Source: Candidatus Limnocylindrales bacterium (lineage in GTDB: Bacteria > Chloroflexota > Limnocylindria > Limnocylindrales > CSP1-4). Taken from it: 64,000 bases of DNA. Within the stretch, counting starts at the first letter, position 1, and every line of letters starts with the position of its first letter. Of this stretch, positions 17,165-26,527 are shown one piece after another. Location: assembly GCA_038328755.1 (NCBI GenBank), contig JBBQMH010000004.1:2193-66192 (forward strand). Reading direction: 5' to 3'. Below the pieces are notes generated by a model, which did not search any database, was not told where the DNA came from, and saw only the letters and a program-made list of their open reading frames with translations. The translations under genes and the position numbers were made by a program.

Positions 17165-18907
17165 GTGCGACCTCTTCCCGCCCCGTTCGACCGCCTCTCC
17201 GTGGGCCTGCCCACCGAGATCGCGCTGTCCGGTAGCGAGTTGCTCAACTACCGGCTCCTGACCAAGGACATGGCCTTCCCACTCGACGAGCGGGAAGCGT
17301 TCGGGCTGCACGGTCTCCTCCCCGACCGCGTCTTCTCGATCGAGGAGCAGCTGGACCTCGAGCACGAGCACCTCCGGCGCAAGTCCGATGCCCTTGAGCA
17401 GTACATTGGTCTGGCCGCACTCCAGGATCGAAACGCCACCCTGTTCTATCGCCTCCTGGCCGAGCACATGGAGGAGTACCTGCCGATCGTCTACACACCG
17501 ACGGTCGGACGGGCCTGCCAGGAGTTCAGTCACATCGTTCGCCGGACGCGCGGCATCTGGCTGACGCCCGCGGATCGAGACCGCATCCCCGAGACGCTGC
17601 GGGCGGCGCCGTTCGAGGACGTTCGCCTGATCGTCGTCACCGACAACGAGCGGATCCTCGGGCTCGGCGACCTCGGCGCGGGCGGGATGGCCATTCCGAT
17701 CGGGAAGCTCGCGCTGTACACGGCCGCGTCCGGCATCCATCCGGTCATCACACTGCCGGTTTCGCTCGATGTCGGGACGGACAACCAGGGGCTCCTGCAC
17801 GATCCCCTGTACCTCGGGTTCCGGGCTCCTCGACTCCGTGGAGCAGCCTATGACGCGTTCGTCGAGGCGTTCGTCGAGGGGGTCCAGGAAGTCTGGCCCG
17901 GATGCCTCATCCAGTTCGAGGATTTCAAGCAGCACAACGCGCTCCGGATCCTGGACCGCTACCGGCATCGCGTCCCGTCGTTCAACGACGACATCCAGGG
18001 CACGGCCGCCGTCGTGGTCAGTGGTGTCATCGCCGGCATGCGGCACCTCGGGACGACCTGGGCCGACCAGCGCATCGTCATGGCGGGCGCCGGGGCGGCC
18101 GGGACCGGGATCGGACGCCTGCTACGGCAGGCCATGACCGCCAGCGGCATGGGCGAGGCGGCCGCTCGAGAGGCGATCGTGTTCGTCGACTCTCGGGGTC
18201 TCGTCCACGACGCCCGCACCGTCCTCGAATCAGGTAAGCGCGAACTCGCGATGCCGGCCGCGACCGCCGGCGAGCTGGGCCTTGCGATCCCCGCGGCGGG
18301 ACGCGGCCCGGACCCGGATCTGCTCGCCGTTGTCACGGCGGTCCGGCCGACGGTTCTCATCGGGACGACCGGCCATGCGGGCTCGTTCTCCGAGGCAGTG
18401 ATCCGGGCCATGGCCACCGGAACGGCGAACCCCATCGTCATGCCACTCTCGAATCCGACCGCGAACACCGAGGCGATACCGGCCGACGTCGTGACCTGGT
18501 CCGGCGGCCGTGCTCTTGTGGCTACCGGCTCGCCGTTTCCGGCGGTCGAACACGAGGGCCACCGACAGGAGATCGGCCAAGCGAACAACGTGTTCATCTT
18601 CCCGGGAATTGGCCTCGGGGCGATTGTCGCCGAGGCACGCGAGGTGACCGACGAGATGTTCCTGCTGGCCGCAGAAACCGTGGCCGACCACGTGGCCACC
18701 GAACGGCTCGTGGCGGGCGCGCTGTATCCGAGCGTAACGGCCCTCCGCGAAGTCTCGCGAGCCATCGCCATCCGGGTTGCCGGCGAGGCGATTCGGGCCG
18801 GGCTCTCACCGCTGCCGGCCGACACCGACGTCACGGCGCTGGTCGATGCCGCCACCTGGCAGCCCGCCTACGCCCCGTACCGCCGCGCCGCGCCCGAAGA
18901 GGGATAG
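17165..18907 (+). CDS. NAD(P)-dependent malic enzyme
   Basis: LLTKDMAFPLDEREAFGLHGLLP, VYTPTVGRACQEF, VVTDNERILGLGDLGAGGMAIPIGKLALYTA, FEDFKQHNA, FNDDIQGTAAV. Start is uncertain. GTG 17165 gives an N-terminus of normal length, and ATG 17069 is also in frame. The listed start at 16628 lies inside modB. Confidence 0.9.
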   Translation: MRPLPAPFDRLSVGLPTEIALSGSELLNYRLLTKDMAFPLDEREAFGLHGLLPDRVFSIEEQLDLEHEHLRRKSDALEQYIGLAALQDRNATLFYRLLAEHMEEYLPIVYTPTVGRACQEFSHIVRRTRGIWLTPADRDRIPETLRAAPFEDVRLIVVTDNERILGLGDLGAGGMAIPIGKLALYTAASGIHPVITLPVSLDVGTDNQGLLHDPLYLGFRAPRLRGAAYDAFVEAFVEGVQEVWPGCLIQFEDFKQHNALRILDRYRHRVPSFNDDIQGTAAVVVSGVIAGMRHLGTTWADQRIVMAGAGAAGTGIGRLLRQAMTASGMGEAAAREAIVFVDSRGLVHDARTVLESGKRELAMPAATAGELGLAIPAAGRGPDPDLLAVVTAVRPTVLIGTTGHAGSFSEAVIRAMATGTANPIVMPLSNPTANTEAIPADVVTWSGGRALVATGSPFPAVEHEGHRQEIGQANNVFIFPGIGLGAIVAEAREVTDEMFLLAAETVADHVATERLVAGALYPSVTALREVSRAIAIRVAGEAIRAGLSPLPADTDVTALVDAATWQPAYAPYRRAAPEEG

Positions 18908-18913
18908 CGACCG

Positions 18914-20197
18914 TCAGACGGGAACCAGGGCGGGCTCGTCGGGACCCACGACGTGGGCGCCCAGCTCGGGATAGAGCCGAGCCACGACCAATACTCCGAT
19001 CAGACAGAACAAACCCCCACTGATCACGGACAATTGCGCCCCGATCGCCGACGCGACCAGGGCTGCCTCCATGTCGCCGATCTGCGGTCCGCTCCTGACG
19101 ACGAGCATGTGGATCGAGGACACGCGGCCGCGTAATTCGTCCGGCGTTTCCATGAGCAGCACGCTGGATCGGAAGACCGCCGAGACGACGTCGGCGGCCC
19201 CGGCCAGGGCGAGAAAGATCAGGGCCAGCGAGAAGAATGCGGTCGAAAGCCCGAACAGCAGGATCGCAGTCCCCCAACCCGCCACCGCGAGGATGATGCC
19301 GCGCCCGATCCGGCGCACGCGCGAGATCCCGCCTGACAGGATGATGGCGATGAAGGCACCCACCGCCGGTGCCGACGTGAGAAAGCCCAGGCCAACCGGG
19401 CCTACCTTGAAGATGTCGAGCGCAAGGACGGGATACAGGGTCTGCGGACTCCCGAAGATCATCGCGTTGAGGTCGATCGCGAACGTCGACATGATCAGGC
19501 GACGAGCGCGAACGAAGCCCAGACCCTCGCGGATGGCCGCCAGTCCGGGCCGTGGTGAGTCGCCCATCGGCGCGATCGATCGCATGCCCACGATCATGGC
19601 CAGGGACAGGCCGTACGTCCCCACGTCAACAGCGAACGCACCGGCCACTCCGCTGGTCGCGATCAGTACTCCGGCCAGGGCGGGGCCAAGTACCGACCCG
19701 CCGTTGAAACTCAGCTGGCCGAGCGCGATCGCGGCCCGCAGCCGGTCTCGCGGCACCAGTCGCGGGATGGCCGATGAGCGGGCCGGGGCATCGAAGGCCA
19801 GGAACCCCGCCCCGATGAACGCGACGACGTACAGGAGCGGGATCGAGGGATTGACCTCGAGCGAGAGAACGGCGAGGGTCAGGCTCGTGATCGCCAGGCC
19901 GACCTGCGTGACCAGGAGGACGCGCCGCCGATCCAGTGCGTCGGCGATCGCACCGCCACCCAGTCCGAACAGGAGCATCGGGACCAGCTGGGTCAGTACC
20001 AGCCCAGCCAGCGCGAGCGTTGAACCGGTCAGGACGTAGACCTGGTACGGCAGCGCCACGCGGGTGATCTGGCTGCCGATGACGCTGATCGATTGCCCGA
20101 CCCAGAGGCGCCGGAAATCGACATCCTTGCGCAACGGCTCGATGTCGATGACCAGGCCGCGCGCCCTGGCCACGCGTTGCCTCCCCGGCCCACTCAT
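18914..20197 (-). CDS. MFS transporter (EntS/MFS_3-like)
   Basis: FRRLWVGQSISVIGSQITRVALPYQVY N-terminus and about 12 TM helices. Confidence 0.85.
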   Translation of the reverse strand: MSGPGRQRVARARGLVIDIEPLRKDVDFRRLWVGQSISVIGSQITRVALPYQVYVLTGSTLALAGLVLTQLVPMLLFGLGGGAIADALDRRRVLLVTQVGLAITSLTLAVLSLEVNPSIPLLYVVAFIGAGFLAFDAPARSSAIPRLVPRDRLRAAIALGQLSFNGGSVLGPALAGVLIATSGVAGAFAVDVGTYGLSLAMIVGMRSIAPMGDSPRPGLAAIREGLGFVRARRLIMSTFAIDLNAMIFGSPQTLYPVLALDIFKVGPVGLGFLTSAPAVGAFIAIILSGGISRVRRIGRGIILAVAGWGTAILLFGLSTAFFSLALIFLALAGAADVVSAVFRSSVLLMETPDELRGRVSSIHMLVVRSGPQIGDMEAALVASAIGAQLSVISGGLFCLIGVLVVARLYPELGAHVVGPDEPALVPV

Positions 20198-20218
20198 GCT
20201 CGGCGGGCCTTCGAGGAC

Positions 20219-22984
20219 CTACTTATCGCGTTCGACGGCGGCGAGCGACGCCTGGGCGGCCGCGAGCCGGGCCACCGGGACGCGGAACGGCGAGCACGAG
20301 ACGTAGTCGAGACCGATCTTCTCGCACTTGGCGATCGAGGCCGGATCTCCTCCGTGCTCGCCGCAGATGCCGAGTTCGAGGCCTGGCTTCGTGGCCCGGC
20401 CCTTCTCGACGGCGATCCGCATGAGGCCCGCGACCGCGTCGTCGAGGGTCTGGAACGGATTGAAGGGCAGGATCTTGTCCTCAACGTACTTGAGGAGGAA
20501 GCCGCCCTCGGCATCGTCGCGGCTGTAGCCGAACGTCATCTGGGTAAGGTCATTCGTGCCGAAGCTGAAGAAATCAGCCTGGGTCGCGATCTCGTCGGCC
20601 GTCAGTGCGCCACGCGGAACCTCGATCATGGTTCCGAACTTGTACTCGACGTTGACGCCGGCCTTCGCCTCGACCGCCTTGGCCTCGGCCTCGAGGAGCT
20701 CGCGGGTGCGCGCCAGCTCATTCACGTGCCCGACGAGCGGGATCATGATCTTGGCGATCGGGTGCCCACCGGCCTTCACCCGAGCGATCTGGGCGTTCAG
20801 GATCGCCCTGGTCTGGATCTTCACGAAGTCGGGGATCATCAGCCCGAGGCGGCAGCCGCGGAGTCCGAGCATCGGGTTCTGCTCATGCATCGCCTTGATC
20901 GTCGCGAGGAGCTCACGATCCTCAGCCGAGGCCGCGTCACCCGCCTTGGTCACCTTGACCAACTGCTCCTCGAGGTTGGGCAGGAACTCGTGGAGCGGCG
21001 GGTCGATGAGCCGAACCACCACCGGCAGGCCATCCATCGCCTCGAAGATGCCCTCGAAGTCGCCCTGCTGCAGAACCTCGAGCTTGGCCATCGCCGCGTC
21101 GAACGTCTTGACTGCGTGCTGCTCGTCGGCGTCAAGCGTCGCGCCGGTGGCGAGCTTGTCCTTGGCCCGAGTCGCGCGGTTGGCGACGAGGATCGCGCCG
21201 CGCACGATCTCCAGGCGATCGCCTTCGCGGAACATGTGCTCGGTCCGGCAGAGACCGATGCCCTGGGCCCCGTAGCGGCGGGCCTGCGCGGCCTCCTCGG
21301 GCTTGTCGGCGTTCGTCCAGACCTCCATCCGACGGACCTTGTCCGCCCATCCCAGGATCGCCTGGAGCTGGGGCTGGTCCTCGAATCGCGCCGAGATCGT
21401 CGGCAGCGGACCCGAGAACAGGTCGCCGGTCGTCCCGTCGAGGCTGATCCAGTCTCCCTCGCCGAAGGCGATATTTGATGAAGTCGATGTTGCCCGCTTC
21501 GTCGCGTAGTCGATGACGAGATCCGCGCACCCGGCGACGCACGGCTTGCCGATCTGGCGCGCCACGACAGCCGCGTGGGAGGTCGCACCGCCGCGGGCGG
21601 TGATGATCCCCTCCGCCACGGCCATGCCATGGAAGTCATCCGGCGACGTCTCGATCCTGACGAGGATCACCTTCTCGCCTCGGCCGACCCACTCGACGGC
21701 CACGTCGGCATCGAAGACGGCGCGGCCGACAGCCGCGCCAGGCGAGGCGTTGAGGCCCTTCACGATCTGCGACGCGTCGGCGCGGGTGCCCGGGTCGAAC
21801 TGATCACGCAGGAGCTGGTCCACCATCCCGGGCTCGATCCGGCCGATGGCCTCTTCGTGGCTCAGGATCCCTTCCTCGACCATGTCGACGGCGATCTGGA
21901 CCGCGGCAGCGGCGGTCCGCTTGGCCGACCGGGTCTGGAGCATGTAGAGGCGACCACGCTCGATCGTGAACTCGAGGTCCTGGACGTCGCGGTAGTGGTG
22001 CTCGAGCCGGTCGGCGATGGCCTGGAACTCGTCATAGACGGCGGGCATGACATCGCGCATCTGGGCAATGGGCTGCGGAGTCCGGATCCCGGCCACGACG
22101 TCCTCGCCCTGGGCGTTGGTCAGGTACTCGCCATAGAGGGCCCTGGCGCCCGTGTTCGGGTCGCGGGTGAAGGCCACGCCGGTGCCCGAGTCGTCGCCCA
22201 TGTTGCCGAAGACCATCGTCACGACGTTGACGGCGGTACCGAGATCGTGGGCGATCTTGTTGTACTCGCGGTAGTCACGGGCCCGCTTACCGAACCACGA
22301 CGCAAAGACGGCCTTGGTCGCGAGGTCCAGCTGCTCGTTCGCATCTTCGGGAAATTCGCGCCCGGAGACCTCGCGGACGATCTCCTTGTACTGGCCAGCG
22401 AGTTCGCGCAGGTCGGCGGCCGACAGGTCCGTGTCCTGCTTGGCCTCGCGCGCCTTCTTCATCGACTCGAGGGCGTGGTCGAAGCGCTCGCCGGGCACCT
22501 CCATCACGATCCGTCCGAACATCTGGATGAAGCGGCGATAGGCATCCCAACCGAACCGCTCGTTCCCGGTCAGGGCAACGAGGCCCTTGAGGGTCGCCTC
22601 GCTGAGTCCGAGATTGAGGACGGTATCCATCATCCCCGGCATGGAGAACTTGGCCCCGGACCGAACCGACACGAGCAGCGGATTGCCTGGATCCCCGAAC
22701 CCCTTGCCGGTCTCGGCCTCGACCTGCGCGATGGCCTCGAGGATGTCCTCCCACAGCCCATCCGGCAGCCGGGATCCAGCCGTGAAATAGTCGTTGCAGG
22801 CCTCGGTCGTGATCGTGAAACCGGGTGGAACGGGCAGGCCCGCGCTGGTCATCTCGGCGAGGCCTGCGCCCTTGCCACCGAGCAGATCGCGCATCGTTGC
22901 GTCGCCCTCGGCCTGTCCGGCGCCCCAGGCGTAGATGTAGCGCTTCGCCGCGCGATGAGCGCGATCCGTCCGGGCAGCTGACAT
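20219..22984 (-). CDS. ppdK: pyruvate, phosphate dikinase
   Basis: MRDLLGGKGAGLAEM, phosphohistidine region GGATSHAAVVARQIGKPCV, C-terminal GLCRTEHMF and FFSFGTNDLTQM. Start at ATG 22984 with GAAGGAG about 9 nt upstream; the listed start at 23182 adds non-homologous residues. Confidence 0.95.
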   Translation of the reverse strand: MSAARTDRAHRAAKRYIYAWGAGQAEGDATMRDLLGGKGAGLAEMTSAGLPVPPGFTITTEACNDYFTAGSRLPDGLWEDILEAIAQVEAETGKGFGDPGNPLLVSVRSGAKFSMPGMMDTVLNLGLSEATLKGLVALTGNERFGWDAYRRFIQMFGRIVMEVPGERFDHALESMKKAREAKQDTDLSAADLRELAGQYKEIVREVSGREFPEDANEQLDLATKAVFASWFGKRARDYREYNKIAHDLGTAVNVVTMVFGNMGDDSGTGVAFTRDPNTGARALYGEYLTNAQGEDVVAGIRTPQPIAQMRDVMPAVYDEFQAIADRLEHHYRDVQDLEFTIERGRLYMLQTRSAKRTAAAAVQIAVDMVEEGILSHEEAIGRIEPGMVDQLLRDQFDPGTRADASQIVKGLNASPGAAVGRAVFDADVAVEWVGRGEKVILVRIETSPDDFHGMAVAEGIITARGGATSHAAVVARQIGKPCVAGCADLVIDYATKRATSTSSNIAFGEGDWISLDGTTGDLFSGPLPTISARFEDQPQLQAILGWADKVRRMEVWTNADKPEEAAQARRYGAQGIGLCRTEHMFREGDRLEIVRGAILVANRATRAKDKLATGATLDADEQHAVKTFDAAMAKLEVLQQGDFEGIFEAMDGLPVVVRLIDPPLHEFLPNLEEQLVKVTKAGDAASAEDRELLATIKAMHEQNPMLGLRGCRLGLMIPDFVKIQTRAILNAQIARVKAGGHPIAKIMIPLVGHVNELARTRELLEAEAKAVEAKAGVNVEYKFGTMIEVPRGALTADEIATQADFFSFGTNDLTQMTFGYSRDDAEGGFLLKYVEDKILPFNPFQTLDDAVAGLMRIAVEKGRATKPGLELGICGEHGGDPASIAKCEKIGLDYVSCSPFRVPVARLAAAQASLAAVERDK

Positions 22985-23025
22985 GAGGGCAGGCTCCTTC
23001 ACTGATTGGGCGCGAGCGGCACGCA

Positions 23026-23056
23026 GCCGCAATTGATCGGTGGATTGCGGCAATTG
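23026..23056. promoter_or_regulatory. candidate operator in the ppdK / fpr divergent intergenic region
   Basis: GCCGCAATTG (23026-23035) and GCGGCAATTG (23047-23056) are direct repeats 21 nt apart. CCGCAAT (23027-23033) and ATTGCGG (23044-23050) form a perfect inverted repeat. Confidence 0.25.
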
Positions 23057-23150
23057 TACCGTTGGAGACGGGCCGGGCCGTTGGACCGCGTGGGCCAGCC
23101 CGCATCTACAATCGTGACGAGCAGATCCACACGGAGCCAGCACCACCCTC

Positions 23151-23960
23151 ATGACCGACCACGCCGAAGACACCCGGATCATCGATCCCGATGCGCCCGT
23201 CTACAACGCCACTCTCGTCCGCCGCGAGGATCAGTCCGATGAGCTCGGTTCGTTCTGGGTCCGCCTGGACGGCGATCCGGTCGCGTTCGTACCGGGGCAA
23301 TACCTGACGATCGGCGTCGTGGTCGATGGCAAGCTGCTCCAGCGGCCGTATTCGGTCGCCTCGGCGCCCCAGGACGGCGGGACCGAGGGCTACGAGCTCT
23401 ACGTTCGGCTCGTGCCGGTGATCCGCTTCACGACGGCGCTCTGGCGTATCCCGATCGGGCATCGATTGCGACTGATCGGACCAAAGGGCAAGTTCCTCCT
23501 CGAGCCCGATGACGACCGCACGCATCTGTACGTCTCGACTGGAACGGGAATCGCTCCGTTCATCAGCATGATCCGGGACACGCTGCTTCGTGGGGACCCG
23601 CGCAAGACCGTCGTGCTCCACGGCTGCTCGTACGAGGACGAGCTCGGTTACCGCGACTACCTCGAGACGCTCGAGCGCGACGGTACCTATCCCGTCACTT
23701 ACGTCCCGACCATTTCGCGCCCGGATAGCCCGCGGAACACCGGCTGGACCGGTCGCACCGGTCGCGTCGAGGCGATCGTGAGCACCGTCTGCAAGGATCT
23801 CGGTCTTCGTCCCAATAGGACCGTCGTCTATATCTGCGGCAATCCCGAGATGATCCTGAACGTCGAGCGATCCCTGATGGACCGCGGCTTCCCGGAGTTC
23901 CACGTCAAGAAGGAACTCTATTGGCCGAAGGGTAAGGACGCCGCCCTCATGACCGGCTGA
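23151..23960 (+). CDS. ferredoxin--NADP(+) reductase (Fpr-type flavoprotein)
   Basis: FAD motif RPYSVAS, NAD(P) motif STGTGIAPFISMIRD, and YICGNPEMI. Confidence 0.85.
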   Translation: MTDHAEDTRIIDPDAPVYNATLVRREDQSDELGSFWVRLDGDPVAFVPGQYLTIGVVVDGKLLQRPYSVASAPQDGGTEGYELYVRLVPVIRFTTALWRIPIGHRLRLIGPKGKFLLEPDDDRTHLYVSTGTGIAPFISMIRDTLLRGDPRKTVVLHGCSYEDELGYRDYLETLERDGTYPVTYVPTISRPDSPRNTGWTGRTGRVEAIVSTVCKDLGLRPNRTVVYICGNPEMILNVERSLMDRGFPEFHVKKELYWPKGKDAALMTG

Positions 23961-24095
23961 CCTGTGCGCGCCGCGACCCCGTGAGACCCCGCGGTAGGTG
24001 ACCTTCGGCCCCCGCCAACCGTGCGGTCCGGCGCTGTCGGTCCGGCGTGCGCCCGGGCGACCATCAGGACAGGAATTCCTAGCCTGGTGTCCCGA

Positions 24096-24980
24096 ATGCA
24101 TCGCGTTCTCAAGAATGAGCGTCTCTCCCCCAACGTAACCCGCCTGGTCCTGGAGGCTCCTCGAATCGCGGAGATCCGGCAGCCGGGCCAGTTCGTGATC
24201 GTCCACCTTGGCCCCGGCGCCGAGCGGATCCCATTGACGATTGCCGACGGCGACGCCGTGGCCGGCACAATCTCCCTGGTGATCCAGGCGATCGGCAAGA
24301 GCACCACCGATCTCGTGGAGCTTGAGCCGGGAGACGCCATCGCGGACATCGCCGGTCCTCTCGGACGCCCGACGGAACTGCCCAAGGACGGGCACGCGGT
24401 GTGCGTCGGCGGAGGCGTAGGGACCGCGGTCATCCTTCCAATTGCCCAGGAGCTCCATCGTCGAGGGGTCGCGGTGACCAGCATCATCGGCGGACGCTCA
24501 CGCGAGTGGGTCATCCTGGAACCGGAGCTGGCCGCCTGCGGGACGGTCGTCGCCTGTACCGACGATGGCAGTTACGGCCGGCCAGGCTTCGTGACCCAGG
24601 CGCTTGCCGACGTCCTTGCTGAGCAGGAGGCCGATGAGGTCTTCGCTGTCGGCCCGGTGCCGATGATGCGGGCCGTGGCGGAGATGACGCGGCCGCTGGG
24701 CGTCCAGACGACCGTCTCGCTGAACCCGGTGATGGTCGATGGAACCGGGATGTGCGGCGGCTGCCGGGTCACCATTGACGGCGAGACGCGCTATGCCTGT
24801 GTCGATGGGCCCGAGTTCGACGGCCATCAGGTCGATTTCGGCGAACTGGCCGATCGCCTGACCACCTATCGACCCTTCGAGAAGGCGGCCCTCGAGCGCC
24901 GAGCCTGCGAGGTCGGTCTGCGCACGCGGCCGAAGTCCGGATCAGAATCCGCCGCACCCACAGGGGGAGTCACGGCATGA
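24096..24980 (+). CDS. sulfide/dihydroorotate dehydrogenase-like FAD/NAD-binding protein with 2Fe-2S site (NfnA/SudB/PyrK-like small subunit)
   Basis: MHRVLKNERLSPNVTRLVLEAP, GQFVIVH, VGGGVGTAVILPIA, and C-terminal cluster CGGCRV...YACVDGPEF. ATG at 24096; ATGA overlap with the next gene. Confidence 0.8.
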   Translation: MHRVLKNERLSPNVTRLVLEAPRIAEIRQPGQFVIVHLGPGAERIPLTIADGDAVAGTISLVIQAIGKSTTDLVELEPGDAIADIAGPLGRPTELPKDGHAVCVGGGVGTAVILPIAQELHRRGVAVTSIIGGRSREWVILEPELAACGTVVACTDDGSYGRPGFVTQALADVLAEQEADEVFAVGPVPMMRAVAEMTRPLGVQTTVSLNPVMVDGTGMCGGCRVTIDGETRYACVDGPEFDGHQVDFGELADRLTTYRPFEKAALERRACEVGLRTRPKSGSESAAPTGGVTA

Positions 24981-26503
24981 CCGAGCAGCGTCCCGCATCC
25001 TCCGCGAAGCCCGAGCCTGGTCCGGCGACGCCGGGGGACTCCGAACCGCACAAACTGACCCCGAAGGAGCGCATGGCGATCGACCGGGTTGCCATGCCGG
25101 AGCAGGACGCCACGGCCCGGGCGGCCAATTTCCGCGAGGTCAACCTGGGTCTCACCTACCAGCTCGCGATGCTGGAGGCCGAACGGTGCCTCCAGTGTCC
25201 CAAGCCGTACTGCGTCGATGGATGCCCCGTCCGGGTCAACATCCCCCGATTCATCCGGCTCCTGCGCGAGGGCGATCTGCCTGGCGCGGCGGAGTCCCTC
25301 CTGGATGACAACGCCCTTCCGTGCGTCACCGGCCGGGTCTGCCCGCAGGAGAACCAGTGCGAAGGCGTCTGTCTCCGGGCAAAGAAAGGCAAGTCCGTCG
25401 GGATCGGCAGCCTCGAGCGATTCGTCGCCGACTGGGCCCAGGCCAATCCGGATGCAGTGCCGGCGCCCCACGCGACCCCGAACGGCCGGAGCGTGGCGAT
25501 CGTCGGTTCCGGCCCGGCCGGTCTGGCGGCGGCCAGCGAGCTGGCCAAGCATGGCTACGCGGTCACGATCTTCGAGGCGTTCCACGCGCCCGGCGGCGTG
25601 CTGATCTACGGCATTCCCGAATTCCGGCTCCCGAAGGACATCGTCCAGGCCGAGGTGAACCGCCTCGTCGACCAGGGCGTCCAGATCGAGCCGAACTCGA
25701 TCATCGGCAAGACCTTCACGCTGCCCGAGCTCCGGGAGCGCTTCGATGCAATCTTCGTCGCGGTCGGGGCCGGATTGCCGGTCTTCATGAACGTGCCCGG
25801 CGAGAACTACAAGGGCGTCTACTCGGCCAACGAGTACCTGACCCGGGTCAATCTCATGGGTGCCTGGAACGAGAACACCGAAACGCCGGTCCTCCACGGT
25901 CAGCGGGTCGTCGTGGTCGGTGGCGGGAACGTCGCGATGGACGCGGTTCGCACGTCGAAGCGGCTCGGCGCGACCGAAGCGACGATCGTGTATCGGCGGG
26001 GCCATAATGAATTGCCGGCGAGGGCCGAGGAGGTCCACCACGCCGAGCAGGAGGGAGTCCGGTTCGAGCTCCTGGCTGCGCCCCTCGAGGTCATCGGCGA
26101 CGATGAACGCTGGGTGACGGCCATGCGCTGCCAGCGCATGGAGCTCGGCGAGCCCGACGCTTCCGGGCGCCGACGACCCGAGCCAGTTGCGGACTCGGAG
26201 TTCGAGATCCCGTGCGACATGGTCGTGGTTGCGATCGGGACCCGCTCCAATCCCCTGCTCACGGCGACCGCCCCGGAGCTCAACATCAACGAATGGGGCT
26301 ACATCGTCACCGACGAGTTCGGCATGACATCGATGCCCGGGGTCTTTGCCGGTGGAGACATCGTCCGCGGTGCGGCGACGGTCATCCTGGCCATGGGCGA
26401 CGGAAAACGAGCCGCGACCTCGATCGACTCCTATCTCCGCGGCGAGTGGCCGCCCGTCGCGGAAGAACCGGTAGCGGTGGGGTCCGCCAAGGCGACCCGC
26501 TGA
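24977..26503 (+). CDS. GltD-family NADPH-dependent oxidoreductase (glutamate synthase small-chain-like, NfnB/SudA-like)
   Basis: 4Fe-4S region CLQCPKPYCVDGCPVRVNIP...CPQENQCEGVC. Rossmann motifs VAIVGSGPAGLAAA and VVVVGGGNVAMD. C-terminal GVFAGGD. Confidence 0.85.
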   Translation: MTEQRPASSAKPEPGPATPGDSEPHKLTPKERMAIDRVAMPEQDATARAANFREVNLGLTYQLAMLEAERCLQCPKPYCVDGCPVRVNIPRFIRLLREGDLPGAAESLLDDNALPCVTGRVCPQENQCEGVCLRAKKGKSVGIGSLERFVADWAQANPDAVPAPHATPNGRSVAIVGSGPAGLAAASELAKHGYAVTIFEAFHAPGGVLIYGIPEFRLPKDIVQAEVNRLVDQGVQIEPNSIIGKTFTLPELRERFDAIFVAVGAGLPVFMNVPGENYKGVYSANEYLTRVNLMGAWNENTETPVLHGQRVVVVGGGNVAMDAVRTSKRLGATEATIVYRRGHNELPARAEEVHHAEQEGVRFELLAAPLEVIGDDERWVTAMRCQRMELGEPDASGRRRPEPVADSEFEIPCDMVVVAIGTRSNPLLTATAPELNINEWGYIVTDEFGMTSMPGVFAGGDIVRGAATVILAMGDGKRAATSIDSYLRGEWPPVAEEPVAVGSAKATR

Positions 26504-26527
26504 TCCGGGACGGCACGCCCCGTCGGG

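Noticed and set aside
22985-23182. N-terminal extension of ppdK (987-aa ORF). Analogous extensions occur on the nucleoside hydrolase (9780-9929), truA, map, rplQ, rplE, tsaD, rimI, tsaB and tsaE ORFs.
   Set aside because: The extensions are non-homologous. Internal ATG/GTG codons coincide with family N-termini and with SD sequences or 4-nt overlaps to the upstream stop.
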